This document shows positions 1 to 9,977 of a stretch of 64,000 bases of DNA, in pieces. The notes below the pieces were generated by a model. That model saw nothing but the letters and a program-made list of their open reading frames with translations, ran no database searches and was not told the origin of the DNA. This DNA is from an uncultured Leptospira sp. GTDB lineage: Bacteria; Spirochaetota; UBA4802; UB4802. How positions within the stretch are numbered: the stretch's first letter is position 1; every line of letters begins with the position of its first letter. Position numbers and translations under genes: made by a program. The DNA is taken from contig CAZDWJ010000008.1 of NCBI GenBank assembly GCA_964509195.1, forward strand, positions 61,190 through 125,189, written 5' to 3'.

Positions 1-323
1 TTTTTAATATGGCCTTGGTGTTAGCATACACACCAATGCGTTCAATGTGTGGATTTTTGGTTTTAATGTAAGTAAATATATCAAGTAAAGTTTGTGTTGG
101 CAATATAAGGACATCGCCATCGGTTAAGAATACACGTTTGAATCGGTAGCGTGAAGCTTCGTCAATGTCACGCTTAATCTGTTTTATGTCTTTGATATAG
201 AATTTCTGTTCCTTGTAGGTGCCGCAGAACGTGCACATGTTGTGTGAGCATCCTACCGTAACTTGAATTATCATGCTGTATGCTTCTGATGGTGGCCGTA
301 TAATATGCCCTACGTAATCCATA
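1..323 (-). CDS. radical SAM domain protein, N-terminal part; gene continues past the window start
   Basis: Reverse-strand translation from the ATG at 323 reads MDYVGHIIRPPSEAYSMIIQVTVGCSHNMCTFCGTYKEQ..., which contains a canonical CxxxCxxC [4Fe-4S]/SAM cluster motif (CSHNMCTFC). The start lies 7 nt downstream of the queE stop on the same strand. It is not in the ORF track because it is truncated by the window edge. Confidence 0.6.
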
Positions 324-330
324 GTGTCTC

Positions 331-987
331 CTAAAAATGTTTTGGTTCAGTATCCCACAATAGTTTGTGCAGTTGAATGTTGAGCCTCACCATAATTCTG
401 TCCCTCAGAATATATTCTGCCAGAGTGTGTGGATTCATAACATTTGCAACTGGCGAAAAATTTATCACGCAGGGAATATTTTTCAAGTACTTCCCTATAA
501 ATTCCTTAGAATAATTATAGTCATTGTCATCAGCAATCACAAATTTTATTTCATCGTGTGGTTGCAGAAGGGGAATATTGGAAAAATTAAATGAATCTGC
601 ATAGCCGCTTGAAGGTGTTTTAATATCAATAATTTTGTGGACGTGTGGTGGCACCTGTGCAATTGAAATACTCCCGTTTGTTTCAAGCTGCAGGGGGTAG
701 TTTTTTTGGGATAGAATATCCAGTAGCAGAAATGTCTCTTCCTGCAGCAATGGTTCACCACCGGTAATTGTGATGTGATGAAGTGAAGGATAAGTGTGTA
801 TGGTTTTAACGATCTGGGTGATAGTTACCGGAGATCCGTCTCGTGCATAGGGAGTATCGCACCACCTGCAGTTGAGATTGCAGCCAGCAAGCCGTATGAA
901 GAGTGAGGGGAAACCAGTGCGGGTTGTTTCGCCCTGCAGGGAATAAAAGATCTCATTGACGCACAGGGTAGTGTTAAATGTGTTCAT
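331..987 (-). CDS. queE: 7-carboxy-7-deazaguanine synthase (queuosine biosynthesis radical SAM enzyme)
   Basis: 218 aa. N-terminus NEIFYSLQGE...FIRLAGCNLNCRWCDTPYA matches the QueE signature, including its CxxxCxxC cluster motif and the following CDT. Confidence 0.8.
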   Translation of the reverse strand: MNTFNTTLCVNEIFYSLQGETTRTGFPSLFIRLAGCNLNCRWCDTPYARDGSPVTITQIVKTIHTYPSLHHITITGGEPLLQEETFLLLDILSQKNYPLQLETNGSISIAQVPPHVHKIIDIKTPSSGYADSFNFSNIPLLQPHDEIKFVIADDNDYNYSKEFIGKYLKNIPCVINFSPVANVMNPHTLAEYILRDRIMVRLNIQLHKLLWDTEPKHF

Positions 988-1307
988 ACAATACTATGCT
1001 ATTATGCCTAAGATGTATTATATCACTAACTGTCGCACATAATAAAGTGCGTTTGAAAATATTCAATAATAAAAATAAGGACACTTCTAAAAACTAAATT
1101 TTAAGAATATTCCTATGAGGACACATAAATGACTAAAAATTGCTTTTTATTGTACATTTTTTAGGATAAAGCAGTTTTTAATTGTGCCCATAAGCTATTA
1201 ATTGATTTACAATAAAAAATGGTTGAAATAGAATTGCAAAAATCTGAAAGTAAATGCATATTCTGAAAGTATACAAATGAAATTTATTATCATGAGGTGT
1301 TAAAAAT

Positions 1308-1733
1308 ATGGCAGGTAAAAGTGATAGCATGAACAGTACTATTGGGGAAGGTTCTGTATTTGAAGGCAAGTTTTACATCAGCGGGTCTCTGCGAATTGAT
1401 GGGAAATTTGAAGGTGAGATAAAGACAGATGAGGAGCTGGTAGTTGGCGAAACTGGCAAGGTTAAAACAAATATTCATGCCAAGAATGTTGTTGTTGCTG
1501 GCACGGTGATTGGGAATATTATTGCTGATGAAGAAGTGAAACTTCTGGAAACTGCGAAGGTGTTAGGTGATATAGAAACGCCCATCCTTACAGTGCAGCG
1601 AGGAGTGGTAGCCCATGGCATGGTGACCATTACCGGCGGTCAGAAGAAGGATGTCAAAAAGCTTATAGAAGAATCGTATGCCGGAACACCACAAACACAG
1701 GGGTTGTTTGGCAAAAAAGGGTCGGATAAATGA
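1308..1733 (+). CDS. bactofilin family cytoskeletal protein
   Basis: 141 aa with a right-handed beta-helix repeat pattern (GSLRIDGKFEGEIKTDEELVVGETGKVKTNIHAKNVVVAGTVIGNI...) typical of bactofilin/CcmA. GAGG-like RBS upstream. Confidence 0.8.
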   Translation: MAGKSDSMNSTIGEGSVFEGKFYISGSLRIDGKFEGEIKTDEELVVGETGKVKTNIHAKNVVVAGTVIGNIIADEEVKLLETAKVLGDIETPILTVQRGVVAHGMVTITGGQKKDVKKLIEESYAGTPQTQGLFGKKGSDK

Positions 1734-1764
1734 TTAATGATCTTGCTATGCCGATAATTACACT

Positions 1765-2772
1765 ATGAAACACTGGCAATTACATACAAATTCTTTTGGT
1801 AATCTCAGTATAACAATTTTATCAGCTGAGATTATTATAATCTACAGAGGTAAAAAAAACACTTTTATTAAAAGTGTACAATTAAAAAAAATTAAACGCG
1901 TAGCTGTAGCATGTGGAGCTATATGCGGGGCAATGGTTTTGCTGGCAGGAATGGTAGGCTTTAATGATGTGTTTAAATCAGAAGCTGCATGGTATGATGA
2001 GATAAAGAAAAAAGCAATCGCAACTAAAGAATTTGAGGAACCTGATAAAAAACCTGTATTAAAGATTGTAACGCATACCGTAAAACCTGGCGAAACTTTG
2101 AGTGAGATTGCGCGAATGTATGGTGTTTCAATGGATACAATCTGTGGATGTAATAAGTTAGAGTCATATGAGCTTGTACACGTGGGGCAGGTGTTAAAAA
2201 TACCAAATAAAGACGGTTTACTTGTGAGAGGACAGCGTGGACAGACACTGCAGATGCTTGCTAAAAAGTATAATGTGGCAATTAATAAAATCATTGAAGA
2301 AAATTCAATTGCTAATCCTGATTTTATTAATATAGGACAGGATATTTTTATTCCTGATGCAAAACCACTGGATATTTTTAAAGGCTTTTTATGGCCTGTG
2401 AAAACAAAAAGTGTAACAAGCGGGTATGGGTGGCGAAAAGATCCTTTCTATGGTGAAAACCAGTTCCACCAAGGTATAGATGTAAGAGCACATTATGAGT
2501 GGGTTCGTGCAAGCAAGTATGGAAGGGTAAGCTATGCAGGGTGGCTTGGTGGGTATGGTAAAGTTGTTGTGGTAACGCATCCTGGGGGGGATAAAACATT
2601 ATATGGCCATCTTTCTAAAATAGTTGTTCGTGAGGGGCAATACGTAAAACAGGGTCAGATTATTGCAAAAAGTGGCAACACTGGTAACTCAACAGGTCCA
2701 CATCTTCACTTTGAGATTATCCGTAAGGGACAGCACATTAACCCTTATGCCGAATTAAAAAAGAAACATTGA
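1765..2772 (+). CDS. LysM domain-containing M23 family peptidoglycan metalloendopeptidase
   Basis: Membrane anchor (KKIKRVAVACGAICGAMVLLAGMVGF), LysM motifs (HTVKPGETLSEIARMYGVSMDTI; GQTLQMLAKKYNVAINKI) and M23 motifs (HQGIDVRA ... GNTGNSTGPHLHFEI). The true start may be internal. Confidence 0.8.
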   Translation: MKHWQLHTNSFGNLSITILSAEIIIIYRGKKNTFIKSVQLKKIKRVAVACGAICGAMVLLAGMVGFNDVFKSEAAWYDEIKKKAIATKEFEEPDKKPVLKIVTHTVKPGETLSEIARMYGVSMDTICGCNKLESYELVHVGQVLKIPNKDGLLVRGQRGQTLQMLAKKYNVAINKIIEENSIANPDFINIGQDIFIPDAKPLDIFKGFLWPVKTKSVTSGYGWRKDPFYGENQFHQGIDVRAHYEWVRASKYGRVSYAGWLGGYGKVVVVTHPGGDKTLYGHLSKIVVREGQYVKQGQIIAKSGNTGNSTGPHLHFEIIRKGQHINPYAELKKKH

Positions 2773-2810
2773 GTATATAACAAATAATAATTCATTGACA
2801 GGACGTGAAT

Positions 2811-4883
2811 ATGGCAAAGCTTAATTTTGTATGCGAAATTGGTACCGAAGAAATACCTGCAGGGTACATCCCGCCGGCTATTGAGCAGGTAGAAAAAATT
2901 ATTACTGATAATTTACAATCATATCGTGTTGCATTTAGTGCATGCAATGTATTTGCAACACCACGCCGAATTGCAATTCTAGTATATGATATGGCTGCAA
3001 CTCAATCAGAAGATTATGAAGAACTCAAAGGGCCTTCTGTGAAAGCGGCATACGATGATAAAGGAAATCCCACAAAGGCATTAACAGGTTTTCTTGAGGG
3101 TAATAAAATTAAACTGGAAGATACCTATATACATAATACAAATAAGGGTGATTATATCTATGCTAAGCGTAAGGTAGAAGCAAAGCCAACCACAGAAATC
3201 ATCCCCAAACTTATTGAAAAGATACTACTGGAAGTAAATTTCCCCAAACGGATGCGTTGGAATGTGAAGCGCGTATCCTTCCCACGACCTGTCAATTACC
3301 TTTGTGTGCTTTTCAATGATGCGGTAGTGCCGTATGTAATTGATGGTATTGCATTTGATAATAAGGTGCGTGGGCATTACATACAACACAATACCATGAT
3401 ACCACTTTCACGATGTGAAGACTACATCCCGGTACTGGAAGAAAATGGCGTCATAGTAGATCAAGCTAAACGAAAGGCCATGATACATCAGCAATTGCAA
3501 CAGGCGGCTAAAGCATTGAATGGTATTCTTGTTGAAGATGAAGACCTGCTTGACACTGTAACTTTTTTAACTGAGTATCCATACGTGGTGACCTGCAGCT
3601 TTGATGAATCATTCCTAGCAATACCGGATATAGTACTCATTACTGAGATGAAAGAACATCAGAAATATTTTGCGGTGCGCGATAGCACCGGCGCTCTTTT
3701 GCCAAAATTTTTAGTAGTTTCAAATAATCCTCCCACAGAGCACATCGTTAAAGGGAATCAGCGAGTGATACGGGCACGTTTTACCGATGCGCGCTTTTTC
3801 TTTGAGGAAGACCGGAAAATACCACTGGCGGGCAGAGTGGATATGCTCAAAAGCATACTCTTTCACAAGGAGTTGGGTTCCATCTACGATAAAGTTGAAA
3901 GGATGCAAAAGATAGCAAACGTTATCTGTAATGAACTATCGACCGATACACAAACCACTCAGAAGATACAGCGTGCAGTGATGTTAACTAAAACCGACCT
4001 CACCACTGCACTGGTGTTTGAGTTTACATCACTGCAGGGACAGATTGGCAGGATATATGCGCTGCTTGATGGTGAGTATGCTGAAGTGGCAGATGCAATT
4101 GATTTTCAGTACAGACCCCGTTTCCATGGTGATGTACTCCCGGAACATATAGTGAGTATAGTAGTATCGCTGGCTGAAAAAATTGATAATATATTTGGTT
4201 CATTTTCGGTTGGCAATATCCCAAAGGGTTCAGCCGATCCTTATGCACTGCGCAGACAGGCCGCAGCAATCGTGGATATGCTGGTTGAACGTAAAATCCA
4301 TTTAGATCTTGCAAAGGTGTACAATGCCATTGCTGGTCAGTACAACAATGGAGAAAAGTTAGTAGAGCAGATACTGGATTTCATTAATGGCAGGGCAAAG
4401 ACATTTTTATACCAAATGCAGTTTGCCTTTGACGAGGTCAATGCATGCCTTGCAGTTGGTTGTTATGATTTCTATGAGCTGTATCTCAGGGCACAGAGCA
4501 TTCATGAATTCAGGAAGGATAAACGGTTTGGCGATTTACTTATTGCATTCAAACGCATGAATAATATTGTAAATGCCTTTGTGAAGAAAAATCCAGGTTA
4601 TTTATTTACGTTTAATCCCGAGGCACTGCTGGTTGATGAGGAAAAGAGATTATATCGCTTTTTCCATGAAAAAGAAAAAACAATAAAAGAATATATTGCA
4701 GCAAATAAATATAAAGAGTTGTTCCTTTTACTTATTGAGGGCAAAGAAGTTATCGACACATATTTTGATAAGGTAATGGTTATGGATAGCAATACAGCTG
4801 TTCGTGACAACAGGCTTGGGATGTTGCACTATATTCTGACATTGTTTACAACGCTGATTGATTTTTCTCAGATTCAGGAGTAG
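2811..4883 (+). CDS. glyS: glycine--tRNA ligase beta subunit
   Basis: About 690 aa. N-terminus LNFVCEIGTEEIPAGYIPPAIEQ and overall length are typical of GlyS. ATG at 2811 is preceded by AGGACG. No glyQ is adjacent. Confidence 0.9.
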   Translation: MAKLNFVCEIGTEEIPAGYIPPAIEQVEKIITDNLQSYRVAFSACNVFATPRRIAILVYDMAATQSEDYEELKGPSVKAAYDDKGNPTKALTGFLEGNKIKLEDTYIHNTNKGDYIYAKRKVEAKPTTEIIPKLIEKILLEVNFPKRMRWNVKRVSFPRPVNYLCVLFNDAVVPYVIDGIAFDNKVRGHYIQHNTMIPLSRCEDYIPVLEENGVIVDQAKRKAMIHQQLQQAAKALNGILVEDEDLLDTVTFLTEYPYVVTCSFDESFLAIPDIVLITEMKEHQKYFAVRDSTGALLPKFLVVSNNPPTEHIVKGNQRVIRARFTDARFFFEEDRKIPLAGRVDMLKSILFHKELGSIYDKVERMQKIANVICNELSTDTQTTQKIQRAVMLTKTDLTTALVFEFTSLQGQIGRIYALLDGEYAEVADAIDFQYRPRFHGDVLPEHIVSIVVSLAEKIDNIFGSFSVGNIPKGSADPYALRRQAAAIVDMLVERKIHLDLAKVYNAIAGQYNNGEKLVEQILDFINGRAKTFLYQMQFAFDEVNACLAVGCYDFYELYLRAQSIHEFRKDKRFGDLLIAFKRMNNIVNAFVKKNPGYLFTFNPEALLVDEEKRLYRFFHEKEKTIKEYIAANKYKELFLLLIEGKEVIDTYFDKVMVMDSNTAVRDNRLGMLHYILTLFTTLIDFSQIQE

Positions 4884-4886
4884 GAT

Positions 4887-5552
4887 ATGAAAGTGTGTGA
4901 TGGAGTGTATGCATATATATGGCGTGGTGTATTTGAAAACAACTGCAATACATTTTATTTCAGTGAGCCTTTCAACATGTTCATAGATCCGGGGCTTGCC
5001 AAATATGTAGATATGCGCTTTGCGGATATGAAAAAAGATAGAATAGATACTGATGCTATTAGGCATGTAGTGGCCACACACTCACATCCTGATCATTTTG
5101 AGGGCTGCCATCAGTTTATGGGCAACGGCCCTAAAGTGGCAATGCATAAAGAGGAAATAGCGTTTTTAAATGAAGTTGGCCCACAGTTTTTTGCCATGTT
5201 TGGAATGAAGTTCCCAAAGTTTACTTTTGATATTGAGTTGCAAGAAGGACCATGGAAAATTGGCAATGAAGTGTTGCATGTGTACAAAACTCCAGGGCAT
5301 TCACCAGGTTCTGTATGTTTGTACTGGGAATCAAAAAAGGTGCTTGTGTGTGGCGACCTGATATTTAAGGAAAGTGTAGGCAGAACCGATTTCCCTGGAG
5401 GCAGCAGCAAGCTGCTTAAGGAAAGCATACAGCGCATGAGGGAACTGGATATTGAATACTTGCTGCCGGGGCATATGGATATAGTGGTTGGAAAAAACAA
5501 CATTAAAAAGAATTTTGAGCTAATAGAAAAATATATATTTCCGATGCTGTGA
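4887..5552 (+). CDS. MBL-fold metallo-hydrolase (glyoxalase II-like)
   Basis: HSHPDHFEG metal-binding motif (HxHxDH) and 221 aa length. Start is 3 nt after the glyS stop. Confidence 0.75.
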   Translation: MKVCDGVYAYIWRGVFENNCNTFYFSEPFNMFIDPGLAKYVDMRFADMKKDRIDTDAIRHVVATHSHPDHFEGCHQFMGNGPKVAMHKEEIAFLNEVGPQFFAMFGMKFPKFTFDIELQEGPWKIGNEVLHVYKTPGHSPGSVCLYWESKKVLVCGDLIFKESVGRTDFPGGSSKLLKESIQRMRELDIEYLLPGHMDIVVGKNNIKKNFELIEKYIFPML

Positions 5553-6884
5553 TTACAAAGTCATCCGTGCTTTTTTGGATTGGCTATTCCAGAAAAGTTT
5601 GAATGTGCGCCTGGTTATAGATGTTGGTGCTGCTTTCAATTCTCTGTCCCAGCGTTCATGAAGTTCTAAAACTTTTTCCACACATTGCTTTGAAAAATCA
5701 AAATATTTTTGATTGCTGGATGATTTCTTTTTGTGTAATTCATTATCTTTTCTAATAAATTCATCTTCCAGTTCAAGTATAGTTGGGGCGATAGCTCTCA
5801 TAAAATAATCCCATTTGAAAATAGCCTGCCGGTGAATTCTTTCGTGCATCCACCAGTAGACATCAGGAGAATAGGTGCTTGTTTCATTAGCAGGTAGATA
5901 ATCTATTTCTTTTCCTATAAGGTAAAATGGCATGAAGACACTTGTACACGTACCTGAAGAGCCTGTTGCCCAGAAGACAGGAGTATCTTTGCGTAAATGA
6001 GCGACAAACGCAGCAACTGACTGGCTTGGCCGCGTTGGAGAAAGTGAGGCATGCATACATACGGTTCCCATATCAGTTTTATCGGGAGAAAGGTATTCAT
6101 GGTCACTTCCATGGTCACGCAAAAGTTGAAACATGGTTTGCGGCGTTATGGTACCAGAATAACGCAGTGCACAGCTTGTAGTTCGCGATTGCCTAACAGA
6201 ACATTTTGAAAAGTATGTGTAAAACCAGTCAGAGAAGCATTCTTTGAAGTTAAAGGGCTTGCCTTTTTTTAAGTATCCCTTTTTACGTGCATAATCTTCA
6301 ATGCCTTTAGATGAATAGTCAAATTCTTCACCTATTGTCAATCCATTGGAAATACTGCGAATGCCATCTACTTTTATAGCAACCCAGTGTTTGTTTGCAG
6401 TTTCAAGAACGTATGCTTCTTTTGTATCAGCAAAAATGAAAGAGTTATGATAATACAATGTATGTGCCATGCCGGCATTCCCACCCTGGCCATAATGCTG
6501 GATAAGTTCAGTAGAAAGCATTAATGCATCGTATGCTGTTTTACAACGCTCTAACGCAAGGCGCATAATATCCATTCCAAGCAATCCAGTTTTTTCATAG
6601 GGTTCTTTTGTGAATACTGCTTCATTGCCAATGGCAAGTCCGTATTCATTTGCTCCCATTTCGCAGCCCCACATCCAGAATGGAGTGGAGATTAATATCT
6701 CATGAGTTGTTTTAACCTGTGGTATGGAGATATAGGTGCACTGTACGGTGGTATCGTTGCCCCAGTTACGTTTAGCAATATATTTTAACAACTGGGCTTC
6801 GTTAGCTTCTCGGTCACTGTTTTTTGCCAGTATTACACTTCCATCAGCGGTTGCTTTACCAGTTGCAACAATGGTATCACACAT
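5553..6884 (-). CDS. Ntn-hydrolase, C69-like (secernin/dipeptidase family) peptidase
   Basis: 443 aa beginning MCDTIVATGKATADGSVILAKNSDREANE. Cys at position 2 followed by GK..DGS..AKNSDR is the pattern of N-terminal-nucleophile C69 peptidases. Confidence 0.5.
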   Translation of the reverse strand: MCDTIVATGKATADGSVILAKNSDREANEAQLLKYIAKRNWGNDTTVQCTYISIPQVKTTHEILISTPFWMWGCEMGANEYGLAIGNEAVFTKEPYEKTGLLGMDIMRLALERCKTAYDALMLSTELIQHYGQGGNAGMAHTLYYHNSFIFADTKEAYVLETANKHWVAIKVDGIRSISNGLTIGEEFDYSSKGIEDYARKKGYLKKGKPFNFKECFSDWFYTYFSKCSVRQSRTTSCALRYSGTITPQTMFQLLRDHGSDHEYLSPDKTDMGTVCMHASLSPTRPSQSVAAFVAHLRKDTPVFWATGSSGTCTSVFMPFYLIGKEIDYLPANETSTYSPDVYWWMHERIHRQAIFKWDYFMRAIAPTILELEDEFIRKDNELHKKKSSSNQKYFDFSKQCVEKVLELHERWDRELKAAPTSITRRTFKLFWNSQSKKARMTL

Positions 6885-7025
6885 AGTATTCCCCTTATAG
6901 TAAATATATTTATTATTTTGATTTTATAACACTCTTGAATAAAAGTCAAAAGAATTTTTAGGTTAATGAGTGTATACAGGAATATACCCCACCTTGTTTG
7001 GCAGTGGGGTATATACTATAATAAT

Positions 7026-8249
7026 TTAATGATTATTATTAACACCATTCAATCCATCTAATTGTGGAATTTCCTCATCAGCCATAGGTGCTTCAAGCAG
7101 GTGTTCTGGCAAAAAGAATGTGTTTGCGATAAGAGTAGGAACAACAGCACTGGTAATAACAGCTGCTATAAGGAAAGAATACTGTGCTTGATCAATTATA
7201 TTGTGAGTTAGTCCAAATAATGCTGCGATTGAACCAAATGTGAGCCCAGTTGACATAAGCAAGGTGTAGTACCAGCGCTCTTTTGTACTTTCTTTGAAAA
7301 TTCCTATTATTGGATAAAGCCCAAATATTTTTGTGATAACCTTTCCACCAAAAAGAATTATAAATGGTAAAGGTGCCAAAAAAATTGCCGGTAAACTTAC
7401 TAAAAAGCCAGCACGTAAGAAATAAATTGGTGTTAAAAATCCTATAGTCAATGTTCGTAATCGGCGCATGAAAAATTCATCTTTTGCAACACTTGAAGCA
7501 AGGACCATCCCTAATATATAGGCGGGAAGTACAGCCTCACTTCCTGACCATAGTGCTAATGCACCTAATGCAAATAACACAAACAAAATCCACTTGGTTC
7601 TGATAGCTGCGGTTCGGTGGCCATAGATTTTTGTTAGCCGCGCAGTTATTGCCGGCATTGCAAAGAAGGTAACTATCGACACTATTATAAAAATAATTGT
7701 TTTGTAGGTAAATGGAGAAAAGATGATGCCAAGTGCAATCACCGTCCCCAAATCATTGACAAAACAAGCTCCTAAGATCCCTTTACCGTACTTTGTTTTG
7801 TTAAATCCATATTCAATCATTACAGCATACACAACAGCCATTGATGTTGTTGACAGGGCTACACCAGCAAGCAAACTTGATTCAAAATTCCAGCCTAAAA
7901 GATAGTATGCAATTAATGCACTTCCAACAAAAGGTGACAGAAAGCCAATAAAGCCAACGACTGTTACTTCTTTGAATGTATCCCTGATAGTGTGGTAGTC
8001 AAGTTCAGCGCCCGCTAAAAACGTCAGCACCACAGCACCCGTGCTGGCAATAAATTTTATCCAGTCAGAATTTGCCTGCATAAAATCGGGATTAAAATAT
8101 TTTGCAAATAGTAAACCTGCTATCGCACCAACAGTTATTTCCATAAGTGCCATTGAAATTTTTAAACGGTTAGCCAATATAGTAGAAATTACAGCAAGGC
8201 CAAGCCATACTGATGCTACTACAAACATAGTAAGCATAACATCCTCCAT
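7026..8249 (-). CDS. cation:proton antiporter (CPA family Na+/H+ exchanger)
   Basis: 407 aa polytopic membrane protein with the Na+/H+ exchanger fold pattern. No C-terminal KTN domain. Confidence 0.8.
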   Translation of the reverse strand: MEDVMLTMFVVASVWLGLAVISTILANRLKISMALMEITVGAIAGLLFAKYFNPDFMQANSDWIKFIASTGAVVLTFLAGAELDYHTIRDTFKEVTVVGFIGFLSPFVGSALIAYYLLGWNFESSLLAGVALSTTSMAVVYAVMIEYGFNKTKYGKGILGACFVNDLGTVIALGIIFSPFTYKTIIFIIVSIVTFFAMPAITARLTKIYGHRTAAIRTKWILFVLFALGALALWSGSEAVLPAYILGMVLASSVAKDEFFMRRLRTLTIGFLTPIYFLRAGFLVSLPAIFLAPLPFIILFGGKVITKIFGLYPIIGIFKESTKERWYYTLLMSTGLTFGSIAALFGLTHNIIDQAQYSFLIAAVITSAVVPTLIANTFFLPEHLLEAPMADEEIPQLDGLNGVNNNH

Positions 8250-8427
8250 ACATAATTAGTAAAATTTTGGCGCAGGTAAAAATAAGAAACCTACTGCCAT
8301 GCAGTAGGAGCCATCAGCCGGAAGGCATTCAACGGGGGACCCCATCCCCAGTTATAGTAGTGCAGCAACTGTTACAGATGGTAACAGTAAAAAGAATAGC
8401 ACTTTTGTCAATAGAATAAAAAATAAT
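8250..8427 (-). promoter_or_regulatory. structured 5' leader of the antiporter gene: promoter-like element followed by three hairpins, the last a terminator-like stem plus U-tract
   Basis: On the minus strand: TTGACA ... TACTGT, then hairpins CTGTTAC-N5-GTAACAG (8369-8387), GGGG-N-CCCC (about 8335-8349) and CCTACTG-N5-CAGTAGG (8290-8308) followed by TTTCTTATTTTT about 35 nt before the ATG. Confidence 0.3.
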
Positions 8428-9939
8428 TTATGTAGTGCTAGTTTTTTCTGGTATAAAGAAAAATGCCAGCAATACTACCCCGCAAAATGTCAGATAATAC
8501 CCTGCCCATACTGAAGCCTCCGGAAATACGGAAGTAATAAAAAGATAATCCTGATTAATTGCCCACAGTAGAAATAAAAATAGGAAAATTCCTGTAACAA
8601 GCTGCAGAATCTGGAAGATGGAATATTTTTTTTGAATGAGTTTGAATTCACGAATTTTTAATAGTAGTCCTGTTACTAAACGATAAACCTGTAATAGCAG
8701 TGTTATAAATGCAACATACAGTATAACCCATAATGCATATTCTGCATATATAATTTTACTCATCCCAATGGTATCAAACCCAATCCATTTTGACCAATCA
8801 TTAAGGATATACGCAAAGAATGGCCAGCTTCGTTGACTGTTGGTTACTAGTACAATACCGTCACCAGTTTCAGGTAGTGAATGAAAGTGTGTCATCCACC
8901 CAGTTCCCTGGCCGCCATGTGATACAGCTTTTTTATTGTTTTTTGAAAATTCAATAAAATGCCCAAATCCATACCAGGGAAACGCAAAACCATACAAGCC
9001 TGGTATTTTTATAGTAGGCTGATACATTTTGTGAATAAATTCATTGCTCATTATTTTTAAGCCGATGGTATTGTACTTTGTCGTACCCGCAGTCACAAAC
9101 AGTGCAATATCCTCAACAGTTGAAAATAACCCGCCAGCTCCTTTTTCCGGATATACATACTCGGGGATTGCTGTTCCATTAAGAGTATATCCTTTGGGGA
9201 ATGGGGTATAGTTGTTATTCCATTTATAGCTTGAATGTTTCATGCCTAAATTGTTTAAAACCTCTTTTTGCATAAAATCAGCAAAGGGCTGTTTTGTTAC
9301 TTCTTCTATAAGCAATTCAAGCAGATTAAATCCCGTATTGGAATATGAAAAAATTGAACCCGCTGGTGCTATCATAATTGCATCTTTATAAAGACTTTCT
9401 TTTAGTGTTGGTCGTGCTTCCTCTGGAGAATAACGTACTCCAATAGTACCAAGAGGCAGGCCTGCACTGTGGCTCAATAATTGTCGTATAGTTATTTTTT
9501 CAGGGTGGTATGCTGAAGGTGGAAATTCCCATGTTTTAAAATATTTTGCAACTGGTTCATCTAAATTTATTTTACCGTTATATGCTAATCTCATTACGCC
9601 CCATGTGGTTACTGATTTTGAAATTGATTCAACGCGGCATATTGTTCCTACTTTCATAGGGATTTTTTTTTCTTTGTCAGCATATCCGTATGCGTTTGAC
9701 CATATTATTTTTCCTTGCTTGATGATCGCAATATTCACTCCAGGAATCTTATATTTTCTCATTAGAAATTTCACCCGATGATCAAGGTGGTGAATGAAAT
9801 TTTTTTCAGTTGTATATGATGTTATATGGGGGGAAGTAATCAGATAAAAATTATTTAAAAATATATATACTGCAAGTAGTATTGAAAATGTTATTATCGA
9901 AAACAATGCTAGTGCTCTTTTTTTTATGTGATAGTTCAT
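8428..9939 (-). CDS. serine hydrolase (beta-lactamase/PBP-like domain) fused to a C-terminal polytopic membrane domain
   Basis: N-terminal TM helix, SxxK active-site motif (ESISKSV), and four or more predicted TM helices at the C-terminus. Confidence 0.7.
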   Translation of the reverse strand: MNYHIKKRALALFSIITFSILLAVYIFLNNFYLITSPHITSYTTEKNFIHHLDHRVKFLMRKYKIPGVNIAIIKQGKIIWSNAYGYADKEKKIPMKVGTICRVESISKSVTTWGVMRLAYNGKINLDEPVAKYFKTWEFPPSAYHPEKITIRQLLSHSAGLPLGTIGVRYSPEEARPTLKESLYKDAIMIAPAGSIFSYSNTGFNLLELLIEEVTKQPFADFMQKEVLNNLGMKHSSYKWNNNYTPFPKGYTLNGTAIPEYVYPEKGAGGLFSTVEDIALFVTAGTTKYNTIGLKIMSNEFIHKMYQPTIKIPGLYGFAFPWYGFGHFIEFSKNNKKAVSHGGQGTGWMTHFHSLPETGDGIVLVTNSQRSWPFFAYILNDWSKWIGFDTIGMSKIIYAEYALWVILYVAFITLLLQVYRLVTGLLLKIREFKLIQKKYSIFQILQLVTGIFLFLFLLWAINQDYLFITSVFPEASVWAGYYLTFCGVVLLAFFFIPEKTSTT

Positions 9940-9977
9940 GATGACACAGTCCCCCTTTCTATTATTTGCTATAGTGT

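Noticed and set aside
1085-1135. Possible preQ1 riboswitch near queE (CTAAAAACTAA and GACTAAAAATTGC resemble the A-rich tail of preQ1-I aptamers)
   Set aside because: These strings are on the plus strand, whereas queE is on the minus strand. No P1 stem-loop precedes them. The true queE leader (reverse complement of 988-1080) lacks the motif.
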